Part shown: positions 27,885 to 39,699 of the stretch, piece by piece
Position numbering within the stretch: the stretch's first letter is position 1
Layout: each line of letters starts with the position of its first letter
Source: Octopus sinensis
Taxonomy: Eukaryota
NCBI RefSeq assembly: GCF_006345805.1
Contig: NC_043009.1
Span: forward strand, 54,436,001-54,500,000
Direction of reading: 5' to 3'
DNA length: 64,000 nt
The notes under the pieces: model-generated
Database searches by the model: none
What the model saw: only the letters and a program-made list of their open reading frames with translations
Told to the model about the DNA's origin: nothing
Program-made: the position numbers and the translations under genes

Positions 27885-28255
27885 CTTGACAAAACATTAG
27901 TTCAAAACAGTTAATTAAGCATGGGTAATATTTTTGCCAAATTTGGAGGGAATCGGTTTTGAAACTGCGGAAGTTATGACCGAAAAACCAATTTTATGCA
28001 GTTATTCGCAGACTTTTCCCATTCACCGCGGATTGACTTGACAAAAGCATAAGTTTAAAACAATTCTTAAAGCATGAGTAATGTATGTACCAAATTTGGA
28101 GCGAATCGGTTGGAAACTGCGGGAGTTTTTGGTAAAAGAAACGATTTTTACGTAGTTATTCGCGAATTTTTCATAATTAATGCGGATGACCTTGACAATA
28201 AGTTTAAGCAAAATAATTTTTTATGTCATGAATAATGTTCGTGTGAAAGATGAGT
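27885..28255. repeat. ~153-bp diverged tandem repeat (about 2.4 units), Helentron/HINE core-like
   Basis: CTTGACAA starts at 27885, 28037 and 28191. The first two units carry CCAAATTTGGAG.GAATCGGTT. Confidence 0.75.
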
Positions 28256-29337
28256 GTAAAAATGGAGAAACAGATTAATAATCTTTGATCTGTGCAGTTG
28301 TAACAAACTGTTATCTCTCCTTAGTTTGTATATGAGAATAACAGCCAAAATTCTATTTTTACCTTTGTCATTTAATTCCGCTATGTTCGTCTTGTTAAGT
28401 AACTCTCCATTGCAAACTCTTTCAAAATCCTGAAGTTTGATATCTCAGAAATTAATACATTCTGTGAAGTCTTTCGAAATATAACATTCAGCTATGCTCG
28501 CTTTGAATGCAAAACTACGCAGTTTTCTTCTTTTCATTTTCTTTTCTTCTCTCCTCACCTTGTTTCTTAGCGACAAGCAGAAAGCAATGTCCAGGAATAC
28601 ACAATTTTTCTTTTCCAACTAATTCCGGCAAATCTTTTCTGGGAACATCTCGTCCAAAATGTTTAACATCCCTTTCTAATTCACTGTTCCTTTACGGCAA
28701 ACAAAAGCGAACTGGTTTTTGTGCATGCTGCTCTCTAAAACCTTTCAGCTAATCTCGTCCTGATAATACAATTTCATTTGGGCATTTGTACTTTTTTTTT
28801 CGGCTTTTGGATTGACGACAAGCCCGTGAGATAAGAATTACATCTGAAATATTTGAAGTAGAAACTTCAAAACAGAACATTTCCTTACGTTCAGGGCTTT
28901 CTATCAATCTGAGCAATTCATATATGTACGCATACTTGCATTACTTGTTGGTGCAAATGATGTTACGTATTATAGTGTGCTCGTATATGGTTTCTGTAAC
29001 TTTACGGATATGAGATTTTATAATACATAATGGTATGAATTATCGTTTCGTTCCTATTGTAATTGATGTTGTCGTTATTGTTGTATTGCTGTTGTGAGTA
29101 TGAATGTACATGAGTTTTGTGTATGTCTGCATCTATGTGGATGTGTAGAGTTGTGCATACGAATGTAAGTAGATTTACAATTACAAAGGTATATGCTTAA
29201 GTACTTGAACGACCCACGCAAATGTATGCTCCTGAGTGTATTTATGTGTGGTTGAATATATGCATGTTTTGTGATAGGTGTATCAATGTCCAGTACATCT
29301 ATTCCCAGAAATGTGTTTGTTGTTGTAAGCACGTATA

Positions 29338-30215
29338 CGAAGTATGTTCAAAAGGTATCTGACTTGAATTTTTCTCGCCAAAACAAATTCAGCGTTGACA
29401 AAATCCTTTAAGGGAGAGGTGACGCCACCCTTCCTACACATGCGTGAATCTTTTTTGCGTAGTAGGCTCCATCAGATCTTGGCTGTTAGCGTCTTGAGTA
29501 CAGACGTGTAGTTCGCGCTAGTCTGGTTTCCGTTTACACTGAACGCATCGAGCAGTGCTATTGCATCAAATTTTGTCAAAAGCTTGCTGATACTCAAGCT
29601 CAAACCATCCAGACGATTCAGCAGGTCTGTGGCAATGATACCACGGACAAAGCTCAGATCAAGTTGTGCAACCGCTTCAAACATGGTCGCACTTCAGTGG
29701 AGACCGAGGCACGCTCAAACAGGCCGTCCACAAAACAAAACAAGGGCGAATAGTTATGGAAGACCGTCGTGTAACAATCCAGGAAATTGCTCACGAAGCG
29801 GGAATAAGCACAGCATCAGTGAAATCTGTTTTAACAGAGGATTTGTGAATGCGGAGAATGTCGGGAAAATCTGTACCCAAGGTTCTGACGCTGCAGTGAA
29901 AGCAACTTCGCGTGGAAATCGCTCAGGACATGTTGGGCTGTGCAAGCCACGACTCATTTTTCATGAAAACTATCATCACTAGTAATGAGACATGGGTTTA
30001 TAGTCTCTGCTCGATACGTTCGGTCATCTTGCATGAAAACGAAAATCCGACGAACATGTGATATACTCATGTACTCTAGATATAACAGCTGGGAATTGCC
30101 GCGGCTTACTGGCCAGAAAGTGTTGGGACATACGCAGGAAGGGTTGTGTCCTACAACCCGTGTGGCATTATTTTTGCCTGAAAAATAAAGTCAGATACAT
30201 TTTGAATGCGCCTCA
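29338..30215 (+). mobile_element. Internally deleted mariner element with transposase pseudogene (~29540-30003)
   Basis: TIRs share TTCAAAA.GTATCTGACTT. Translation EQCYCIKFCQKL...NRFKHGRTSVETEARSNRPST...EDRRVTIQEIAHEAGIS...SVPKVL...IITSNETWVY (WVPHEL-like and TGDETW-like). The rest of the catalytic domain is missing. Confidence 0.85.
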
Positions 30216-30278
30216 ATTTTGGTATGTTAACTCAGTCTTCTTGTTAGTATGTTTACATGATTATATAAGTAAAAAGCG

Positions 30279-30296
30279 ATAGATAGATAGATAGAC

Positions 30297-30346
<50 letters not shown>

Positions 30347-30415
30347 GTAGGTAGGTAGATAGGTAGGTAGGTAGGTAGGTATGTATGTAAGTATGTATGT
30401 AGGTAGGTAGGTAGG

Positions 30416-30501
<86 letters not shown>
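30279..30501. repeat. (GATA)n/(GGTA)n microsatellite
   Basis: Direct inspection. Confidence 0.95.
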
Positions 30502-30502
<1 letters not shown>

Positions 30503-31251
30503 GTTTCTTTATTGGCCACACAGGGCTGCACACAGATGGAACAAGTTACAAGGTAGAGCTTTTCTTTTGGGGGATGAAGAGAACAAAAAACAAAAGAAAA
30601 AAAAAGGGGGTGGCGTAGGTTTTCGATCAAGAGGGATCGTAAAAGGGAAGAAAAGAATAAAAACAAAAACAAAAACAAAAGAAAATTGAATAAAATAAAA
30701 AGAATAAAAGAAAAAAAAGAAAAGGAAAAGGAACAAAGGAAAGAAAGAGAAATGAAAAAAGAAGAAAAAAGGGGGAAAAAAAGGGGAAGAGGAAAAAAAA
30801 ATAACGATCAATAGGGATCGTGTATCACAGTGTTATGATATATGGTGTAAAGGGGAAAGCAAAGTAAGGTTTATCCGTGGGAAGAAAAGCCTACGAAAAA
30901 GACCACGGTAACCTTAGTCAATATTGTTATATGTTACCACATTTGTTGCAAGTGGGTAACCCTCTGTTTTCAATTTCTGGTTCAAGGATTATGCTCAAGG
31001 TGGCTTCGTCATTCATACTGCCATCCTTGCTACATCACCCATCTTTTTTTTAACATTCGCTAGACAAAACTGCCTCTCTACTCTCACTTTCCTTTTCAAG
31101 TGGTACTCGAAGAAGTTGATGAGAGATTGACCAGAGAGGATGGTTTGTCTCCAATCCTTTCAGACGCGTCCACCAGATACATTCTTTCGCCATAGCCACA
31201 AGGATGATAAAAAAGCTCTTCTTTCCCGTTTGAAGGAAGGGGCGGCGTGAC
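30503..31251 (-). mobile_element. Second Tx1/L1-like 3' fragment inserted in (GATA)n
   Basis: Colinear with 2838-3425 and extends further 5' (..IILVAMAKECIWWTRLKGLE..). (GATA)n lies at 30279-30501 and 31252-31362. Confidence 0.75.
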
Positions 31252-31365
<114 letters not shown>

Positions 31366-32749
31366 TATTTATTTTTCTTGCTATGTAAAGTTATATCTAA
31401 AAACAGTTGAACATAAAATTGAAAATCACTAAATAAAATTCTATAAAGTACTATTGTTATTAATTTTTTGAAGGCCGTGATTGAGGGTGGCCTCGAAGTT
31501 CCGTTTACGAAGCAGTTATCTGGCAGTCTGATGACAGTTAATAAGTCAAAACTTCGAAATCACTGCCAACATTTCCCTTCTAAATATCGATACATATGTA
31601 TGTGTGTGTTTGTGTGAATGCGTGTGTATAGATACATATACAGAGAAGGGAAAGGAGAGAGATGAGGAGGCATGTGTATAGATATGTAATAAAATGAAAC
31701 TTGCACACAAATGCATGGTTTTACACACGCACACACTGATTCAAATTTATACCAGTACAAAAACACATTCATTATATGACAAGAACCATTGCCAAAAGTA
31801 CATCAATCGTTGGAATAACAAGACTATGAAGACAAAAGTACACGAAATCTTTTAGCTAAAATTAGCAAACTTCAGACATTAGAAAATTACTTCAGGCTAT
31901 TCGTAAAGGATATATAACCCTTCTTGTCGAGTGTCCAACTAGTCTAAATATTAACACTGCGGAAATTCGTAACAGAAAGGATGTGTCACTTTCTATTAGA
32001 ACATTGTAAAGATTAGAATGCATAGGAAAAAGACAGTTGTTGAAATGTTTAAACATAAAATAAACTATACAAATATGTACAAATATTTCTTTAGCTTACT
32101 CCGTGCACTCATGGAATGAAATTAATTGCGTTTTCTGTTTGTTTTTGTTTTTTGCTTTTTTTTTTGTTTGTTTTTTTTTTTTTTGTTCTTTTCCTGTTTA
32201 GAAATTCATTTTCTTAGGTTTATTTTAAATTTGAATAACAAACAAATGAAAATATTAATTCATTTTTTCCATGTTTTTAATTTAATGCATTTGCGTTAGG
32301 ACGTCGCAGTTTTTTTTTATATATATATAAATATTTAACAGTGTCGATTTTATACTTAGAGGAAAATTCTAATAGAGGAATGTGTGTACAGAACATACTG
32401 AAATTTTCTATGAATAAATAATGTTCAGTTAAAGATAAAAATCTGTCTCGTGTTTTGCATTCTTTCTTCGGGTTTTTTAGTGATAACTCTCGGTACGTGC
32501 GCGCTCAAACACAGAATACAGTGGCTTATGTTCGTTGTTTTAACCATCAATGCTTCTCTGTTGCTTTCACCTGAAACTCCAAGTGGAACGAAATTAAAGA
32601 AGTGATCTTTCCAGATCGAACATACGTTCACCGACGTGTTCTCAAAACAAAAATAGTCCACTTAAAACTGAGTAAGCTAAGTGATCCCACCTTATCAGCA
32701 GGGCTTCCAGACCTTAGCAGGGATAAATAGCTCTTTAGAATTGTTTAAA

Positions 32750-32965
32750 AAAAGAAGGTTCATGGTCCCTCTGGTGTCATCAAAATGAATTAACTTTTAA
32801 TTGAAGACAATTGCAGCAGAGAATTTCCGGCTTTTACATATATACATACATGCTCATTTCTAACAACGGCTCAAGGCCACACATTAAATGTGTACATGGG
32901 TTTAGAGTTTCATATCCAAAACAGTTCTTCTCTGGGTCTTATTTAATAAACTCCCACAGGATAAA
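32750..32965 (+). mobile_element. Possible Helitron PIF1-type helicase C-terminal remnant
   Basis: Plus frame SREFP...TTAQGHTLNVYMGLEF...SLGLI resembles RxQFP...KAQGQTL...GL.L...SHGQLY. Confidence 0.35.
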
Positions 32966-33261
32966 AAATCTAAATAGGTATCTACCAACTTCGAACTTAG
33001 AGCGTAAAATTAACCGATTAAACATTGAAAAACATTTAGAACTCAACCCTTCTAAACGTGCCACTGGCACATTTAATCGTTTAGATAGAGGAAGGCTAGC
33101 AGTGTCCATAACCGTTTCAAGACTCTCTACAACTGGTAATATGGACAGAGGATGTTATTCTCAAACCAGAGATCTTGGTCAAATGTTTGCTTCAGATTGG
33201 ATTTCAACCAAGGCACCCAATGATTAGATGGTGGTGTTAAACTGAGAGATGAATTATGTTT

Positions 33262-33580
33262 ACCACAAGGTGCCGAGAAGTTAGATCAAACTCGAATCCG
33301 CGTGGCTGTGAAGTAAAATTCTTAACCATACACTCATATCTTCTTAAATACACAGCCAGAAAATTATTCTTTACACACTACGCCTCTACTATTTTCTTAA
33401 CCATAAAAACCTTGCCTCTACACTCTTTGTAACCACAATGACAAGCATTATCTCCCTTTCTTAACTACAAATCCATACCTACACCATCTTTTCACCGCAG
33501 GTTATACTGTAGTCTCTTCTTAACCACGCACCAATCTCTACAACATTCCTCTACCTTCCTCTTACCCACCTTCCATCCAA
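33262..33580 (-). repeat. Group C SINE head followed by a degenerate ~30-bp tandem array
   Basis: SINE head at ~33262-33335, then recurring TTCTTAACCA-like motifs. Confidence 0.5.
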
Positions 33581-33844
33581 GCCTCCACCCACTGCTTAAA
33601 TATTGTTGTTAGCAGTCAACAGTAATTACTATAAACATTTACAAACATGCTTCCAGCAACAATACTTCGTTCTCGCTCTTTTACATGTTAAAGAGTTGCA
33701 ATGTGCTTTTTTTTTTTTCTTTGAACTCGTAACTATTAATTATTTCGACAGACGTGAGCGAGTTAATTTCAATTTAGCTATTTACGGTATCAAGATATGC
33801 CACAGTAACCAAATTCATTTATCAGTTTACTAGACACTTACATA

Positions 33845-33917
33845 ATCATTATTATTATTATCATTATTATTATTATTAGTAGTAGTAGTAGCAGTAGTAG
33901 TAGGAGCATCATCATCA

Positions 33918-33948
<31 letters not shown>

Positions 33949-33962
33949 CATCATCATCCTCA

Positions 33963-34014
<52 letters not shown>

Positions 34015-34190
34015 CATCATCACATTCATTATGATTATTATTATTATCATTATTATCATCATCATCATCATGAGTATTACTATTATAATTAATATAATTA
34101 TTATTGTTGTTGTTATTATTAATGTTATTATTATTACCATCATCATTATCATCATCATCATCATCATCATTATTATTATTATTATTATTA

Positions 34191-34238
<48 letters not shown>
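33845..34238. repeat. Compound (ATT/ATC/AGT)n microsatellite
   Basis: Direct inspection. Confidence 0.95.
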
Positions 34239-34239
<1 letters not shown>

Positions 34240-34748
34240 TTCGTTCCATTAAATATTTTTATTCTTTGTTGGCATTAACTTTTGTATTTGTTGTATGTTC
34301 ACTTATGTTTATAGAAATATCAAATTAAATTGAAGCCTACAAATTTCACCTCAAACGATGAGCAAACTCAAAGAAAATTAAATGTTTGTATGCATACAAT
34401 ATATACCAGCTTATATACATATATACGTTTGTTTGTGTGTGTATGTTTGTATGTGTGTGCACGCGTGAAGAGGGGGGTGTGTGTGTTACTAATAAAGTAG
34501 ATATCTACTCTATGAATGATGCCATTGCAATAAATATTACAGCAGCTCACCAAACAATGTCAATATTTAGACATAATCACTGAAGATTGACAACGAAGAC
34601 GATTAGAAAATATTATTATATTTTTCCGAAGAAATCGGTAAACAAATTGCATTGAAAAAGTCTTAGTTAAGAAGTTGTTCTATGATTTGTTCAAATATGG
34701 TCTTTAAAACCAATTATATTTCTTGCCTGACCTGCTCACTATCATATT

Positions 34749-34816
<68 letters not shown>

Positions 34817-34887
34817 TGTGTGTATGTGTGTGTTTGTGTGTGTGTGTGTGTTTGTGTGTTTGTGTGTGTGTGTGTTTGTGTGTGTGT

Positions 34888-34936
<49 letters not shown>

Positions 34937-35245
34937 CGACAAATTTGTTTTGAAATGCATTCATAAGAGGGAGAGAGAGAGGACTAAGAAAACAGACAAA
35001 GAAAACCAAAATTAAAACAGAAAGATGTTTCAAACAAATAGTTTCTCACTTAATATGAGCCATATCGTTTGTTTAAAAGAAACAGCGTATTTTTACAAGA
35101 TCTTAGTGAGCTTGATTTTGTCAGGTGATCTGAGTACAAAGCGTGGGTGGATGGCTTAAAGTAATATATATATGTGTGTGTGTGTATTGATGTGTATATA
35201 TATATATTTATTTATCAAAATAAGCATCAGGGATATCCAGTGGTA

Positions 35246-35334
35246 ATGCAGTACGATCGTTTCATGCAACTCCATTTAATTGCACAATGCAATCACTACA
35301 TCAATTTAAAATGAAGAGCAACCTTCAGCTGCAC
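35246..35334 (-). ncRNA. Type I hammerhead-ribozyme-like motif with long stem II (Penelope-type)
   Basis: Minus strand GTGCAG-CTGAAGG-[long imperfect hairpin]-GAAACGATCGTA-CTGCAT. 6-bp stem I, palindromic ACGATCGT stem III, GUA site. Core A9 is replaced by G. Confidence 0.6.
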
Positions 35335-35439
35335 AAAGACATAGAATTTAATTAAATTAGAACAGATGGACACATTAGTATAATTATACCTAAAATCTCC
35401 CAGAAGTTAAGGAGAGACAAAGAACATGTTGTCTCTACT

Positions 35440-36700
35440 TCAGCATAGAAGTTACCAAAATTGTCTAGAAGACTCTGCCTGTCACTGATTTTTGTCTTTA
35501 TGGGGTCAGTTTTAATTTATAGACAATCTTATCAAATCTCTTGTATATCTAAGGCTGAGAGAGGACAGAGGGCAGTATCTGTTAGGAGTAGGACTGAGGG
35601 TGTAGACAGACATTCTAGTTGGTATAGCCATAAAAAATCAAGATTTATTATAAGCAATATCATGAAGTTTAGTAAGGGAAAACTAAAAACAAGATGTTAG
35701 CTGATAATTAAGGTGGGGTCGCCCACTAGCAGACTATTGATAAGGAAACAGGGGAAGTCTTATCTTGTGGTACTATAGTTAAATATTTTAAACAATGTTG
35801 CTATATTGTATACAGTTAAAGTTTACGGTTATGCAAAGGATAATTAAGAATATTATAACAAAAGGATAGACTTTATGAATACTTTTGAGTATATACCAAA
35901 CTTTTACTACAATTGAGGGAGGATAAGAAATTATCCAGAAATAGTTTAATATTTATACATATTGTATTCCTAAATACTAACTCATCAGATGGTATATGTG
36001 AATATTGATTAATTGGTATATACAGGTATTAATAAAGGAGTTTTGAGGTAAAGGAACATGCTAATTATATATTAATAAAATTTTAATCTAAGCAGTATTT
36101 TTATAAGTAGTGAATATACCAGTATAGTTTTATATATGCTAAGTATGAATTTATAGAGATACAAAAATTCGATTCATTTTATAAATTAAAAAAAGGCTGA
36201 TTATAAAATAATAAAAGAATTAAAATAAAATAGTCAAGTAGGGCAGAACACCATAGAAAAGGAAATAAAATGGGTTAATTACTAATACTATGGTAAAGTA
36301 TATGTAGCTTAACACCAATAGAGAAGACTTTTAGAAAAAGTATAATAATTCGAAACATATTAGACTAAAAATTATATATTTACTTATTTAGCTAATATCA
36401 ATAAAAGACTAATGTTTGGTATCGGCTGAAGGAATTTTTAAGTTATGGAACAATCATATCTAGTCTATTTTTAAAATTAAGAGTTATATTATAGGTTTAA
36501 GAAGTTATTATTGTTTAAGAAGTTATTATTAATGTTTCTCAAATATAGCATGCTCTAAAAATGATTTTTGGTAATAATTAAAGAAATAAATTGACCACTA
36601 ATGGGTTAATGAAGTTTAGTTACTTCTAGTTCCTGCCTTTTACAAACGAGAGACCTGGCATTTTAGAGGGAAATATTTCTAAATACTTTTTAATACTCAT
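35440..36700 (-). mobile_element. Degenerate LINE APE endonuclease remnant
   Basis: Ordered minus-strand motifs NARSLVCKRQEL, LIIT, LLVGD, IPTR, TL.LLLTD and ISDR (compare NARSL..K, ITE, GDFN, PTR, LDL, SDH). The span is longer than a normal APE, so it is probably interrupted. Confidence 0.4.
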
Positions 36701-37259
36701 AGAGGAAGTTTTGGTTAGAATACTGAATGGTTTACGTTTTAGGGTAAAAATAGAACGTTTCATTAGCGATCTGCTTTCTGCAGCCGAAGACATATTATGT
36801 CATTCACAGATATGGTGTCTCGGTCCTATTGTGGGAAATACAGATATCATTGGAATTCTTAATAAATGAATGAATAATCCAATCGTCATTGATGACAGTC
36901 GGAGCGTTAAAATTCAATAGTATTCTTCGCATCCAGTCGATGCATCTTTATGCTATGCCCTATTCAGGAGGAATAGGACGGTGAATCCGCTTTCTTTATA
37001 TACATACATAGGCGTGTGTATGTGTGTGCGTGTGTGAGAGAGAGTGTATGTGTTTGTACATGTACGTTGCCATACATCTAAAGACACATGCACACACAAA
37101 TATATAAATATATGCATGTATATATATATATGTGTGTGTGTGCGCGTGTATGTGTATGTATATATATATATATATATATATGTGTGGTGTATGTATATGT
37201 ATATATTTATGTGTGTATGTATGTGTTTTTCGCCATCTCCAGAATGGGAAATGCTGTAA

Positions 37260-37332
37260 CACTGCCTGCAGGATTCGAAATCCGTGTTTGCTGCGAACTG
37301 TAGAGCTTTGCTACCGACTACACCAAAGCACA
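37260..37332 (-). pseudogene. tRNA-like sequence (tRNA pseudogene or head of a further SINE family)
   Basis: Minus strand A-box-like TGGTGTAGTCGG and B-box-like GGATTTCGAATCC at tRNA spacing. Upstream TATAAAAA. Acceptor and anticodon stems are poor. Confidence 0.5.
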
Positions 37333-37724
37333 GTAAGTCTCTTTGCTCGGATTCAATATATTTTTATACTTGAAATATACAGTTTACTCTTGCCATGAGT
37401 AGCAATTAGACCAGTTTAGTTTGTTCTTTTTTTTTGTTTTTGTTTATTCATCTTTTGAATACGCTTCAAGGTTCGAATATTTCTTTTAGTACCAATTCTC
37501 TAGAAATAGAGGTTTGACACAAACAACGTTCACCTTGAATGTGTTGCTATTGGAGTGGTATTAAAATATGGAAGGAAAAGAAAAATGTCCTCGACACAGC
37601 TAGAAGAAAGGAAAAAAGTCAAGAACGCAGATAAATTCCTAATCTCCTTAATCACGCATTCACATATCTTGTCTGCAACTGATGTTGCACATCTAGAATT
37701 TGGATGTACACTCATAAAAGTTAT

Positions 37725-38168
37725 GTCCTACACAATATTGTTTTCAGTCCTAGAACTCATACAACCTAGAACAATATTGTCTTGAGACCTAGAACTCATA
37801 CAACGTAGACCAATGCTGTCTTCAGTCCTAAAACTCATACAGCCTAGAACAATATCGCTGTCAGTCCTAGAACATAACTCATAGAGCCTAGGCAATATTG
37901 TCTTGAGTACTAGAACTCATACAGCCTAGACAATACTGTCTTCAGTCCTAGAACTCATACAGCCTAGACAAAACTGTCCTCAATCCAAGAAAACATGCAA
38001 GCTAAAAAAATATATATTGTCTTAAGACCTAGAACTCATACAACCTAGAACAACATTGCCTTCAGTCCTAGAACTCATACAGCCTAGACAATACTATCTC
38101 TTGAGTCCTAGAACTCATGCAACCTAGAACAATATTGTCTTGATTCCTAGCACTCATACATCTAGAAT
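37725..38168. repeat. 38-39-bp minisatellite, about 11 units
   Basis: Consensus TCCTAGAACTCATACARCCTAGAACAATATTGTCTTSAG. Confidence 0.95.
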
Positions 38169-38179
38169 AGATTTCCTCT

Positions 38180-38350
38180 GAAATGGAAAGCCAGTCCGTC
38201 ACAGGATCTTCCATTTACAGCTGAGCAGACTAGAGCAACGTGAAATGAGGTGTTTTCCTCAAAAACACAACACGCCACCCAGTCTGGGTTTCGAAACCCC
38301 GATCTTGCGACCGTGAGTGCAACACCTTAAGCTCTAGGTCATGCTTCTTC
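38180..38350 (-). mobile_element. Group A-type SINE (short variant)
   Basis: Minus strand GGTGTTGCACTCACGGTCGCAAGATCGGGGTTTCGAAACCCAGAC...TTTCACGTTGCTCTAGTC..CTCAGCTG. Confidence 0.75.
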
Positions 38351-38830
38351 ACTGTGTACTGATAAAGGAACACGAAATTAAATAGGACGATTGTTGTTGA
38401 TTTCAACACATAACCATAAGCAGAAAAGAAAGAGAGTGTGCAGAAACATGTAGGTGTATATATAATATTGAAAGTATGACAGCGATTTGGGTTTCTTTTC
38501 AAATTTTAGTTGATTTTTCAAATAATTATAGTTCGTTGTCTTTTTACAACTTTTATCTATTGCATGCCATATTTTCCTATAATAACTCCAATACTGTAGG
38601 CGTTTTCTATTCTTTTTTAGTGATATTAAAACTTACCCTTTTAATTTCAAATAAGTTCTTTTATGAATATCTTTCTTTCTTTTCATTTTTGCTAGCACCA
38701 TTTCATATTATTATAAAGCTATGCTTAATATGTCAGTATCTATTCAGTATCCATTTATGAGTATATGTATATATATACATGTACATATATATGTATATAT
38801 GGGGGCGTCTAACTATGTATGCATGTTGTA

Positions 38831-38883
<53 letters not shown>

Positions 38884-38886
<3 letters not shown>

Positions 38887-39606
38887 TGCATGGGTAAATT
38901 GTCGCCATATTATATTTTTTATTTCTCACCCGTGCATTGTTTGTTTTTGATTTCATCGACTACACAGTGTAGTAGGGTCAATTGGGCACCGCCTGTGAGA
39001 TATACAGCAGTATAACGCAATTTGCTCTACCAGAAATTTGGAAACGACATGTTGTGCTGCTCGTCATTCGCGCTGGAAGCTCAAATACGAAAGTTTCAGA
39101 GTGTTTGAGTGTCCATATGAGGAAATGTACCGAGAGTGATACAAATCAAATCAGTCAAAATCATGGTGTTTGGAGTGATCAGTAGTATTCGCGACGTTAT
39201 GCCTCCATTCATCTTACCACACTGCCTCCAGACTCAACACAAAGGCCTACATCAAGTGTCTGGAGGAGGAAGTAGGGCTGCCCTGGGTCAAGAGGGTAGC
39301 TACTGGAAGACCCTATATCTGGCAACAGGACTCTGAATCATGCCACACAAGCAGGAGAATCTAGTCATGGCTGCCACACAATGTCTGAAACCATATTACC
39401 CCCAAGATCTGGCCACCTAACTCCCCACATTGCAGTCCCCTTGAATGGAGTGCAGTTGAGCGAGAGACCAACAAAATTCTTGTAACACCAAATATGAACT
39501 AAAAGTAAAGATTATGCCAGCATTCACCAACTTAATCCAGAAGAGTTGCAGAGGATTCCAAAGTTGTCTGGAGGCCGTGGTTAAAGCCAATGGCGATTTT
39601 ATTGAA
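38884..39606 (+). mobile_element. Tc1/mariner (maT/DD37D-like) internally deleted element
   Basis: Starts TA|CAGTG. Translation IMVFGVISS..VMPPFI...YIKCLEE...PWVKRV..GRPYIWQQDSESCHTS...IWPPNSPHCSPL...LEAVVKANGDFIE. Confidence 0.85.
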
Positions 39607-39699
39607 TGTGTGTGTGTGTGTGTCTATTTGTTTGTACGCATGTATGTCTATTTGTACGCACTGAAGTACTACAGGAACTCACTTCATCACCAAGGGCTG

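Noticed and set aside
35340-36700. Mitochondrial insertion (NUMT), suggested by AT richness and skew
   Set aside because: I found no recognisable mitochondrial protein or RNA motif. Ordered APE-like motifs on minus fit a decayed LINE better.
37725-38168. CRISPR array
   Set aside because: Whole units are homologous, with no unique spacers and no cas genes, in a eukaryotic context.
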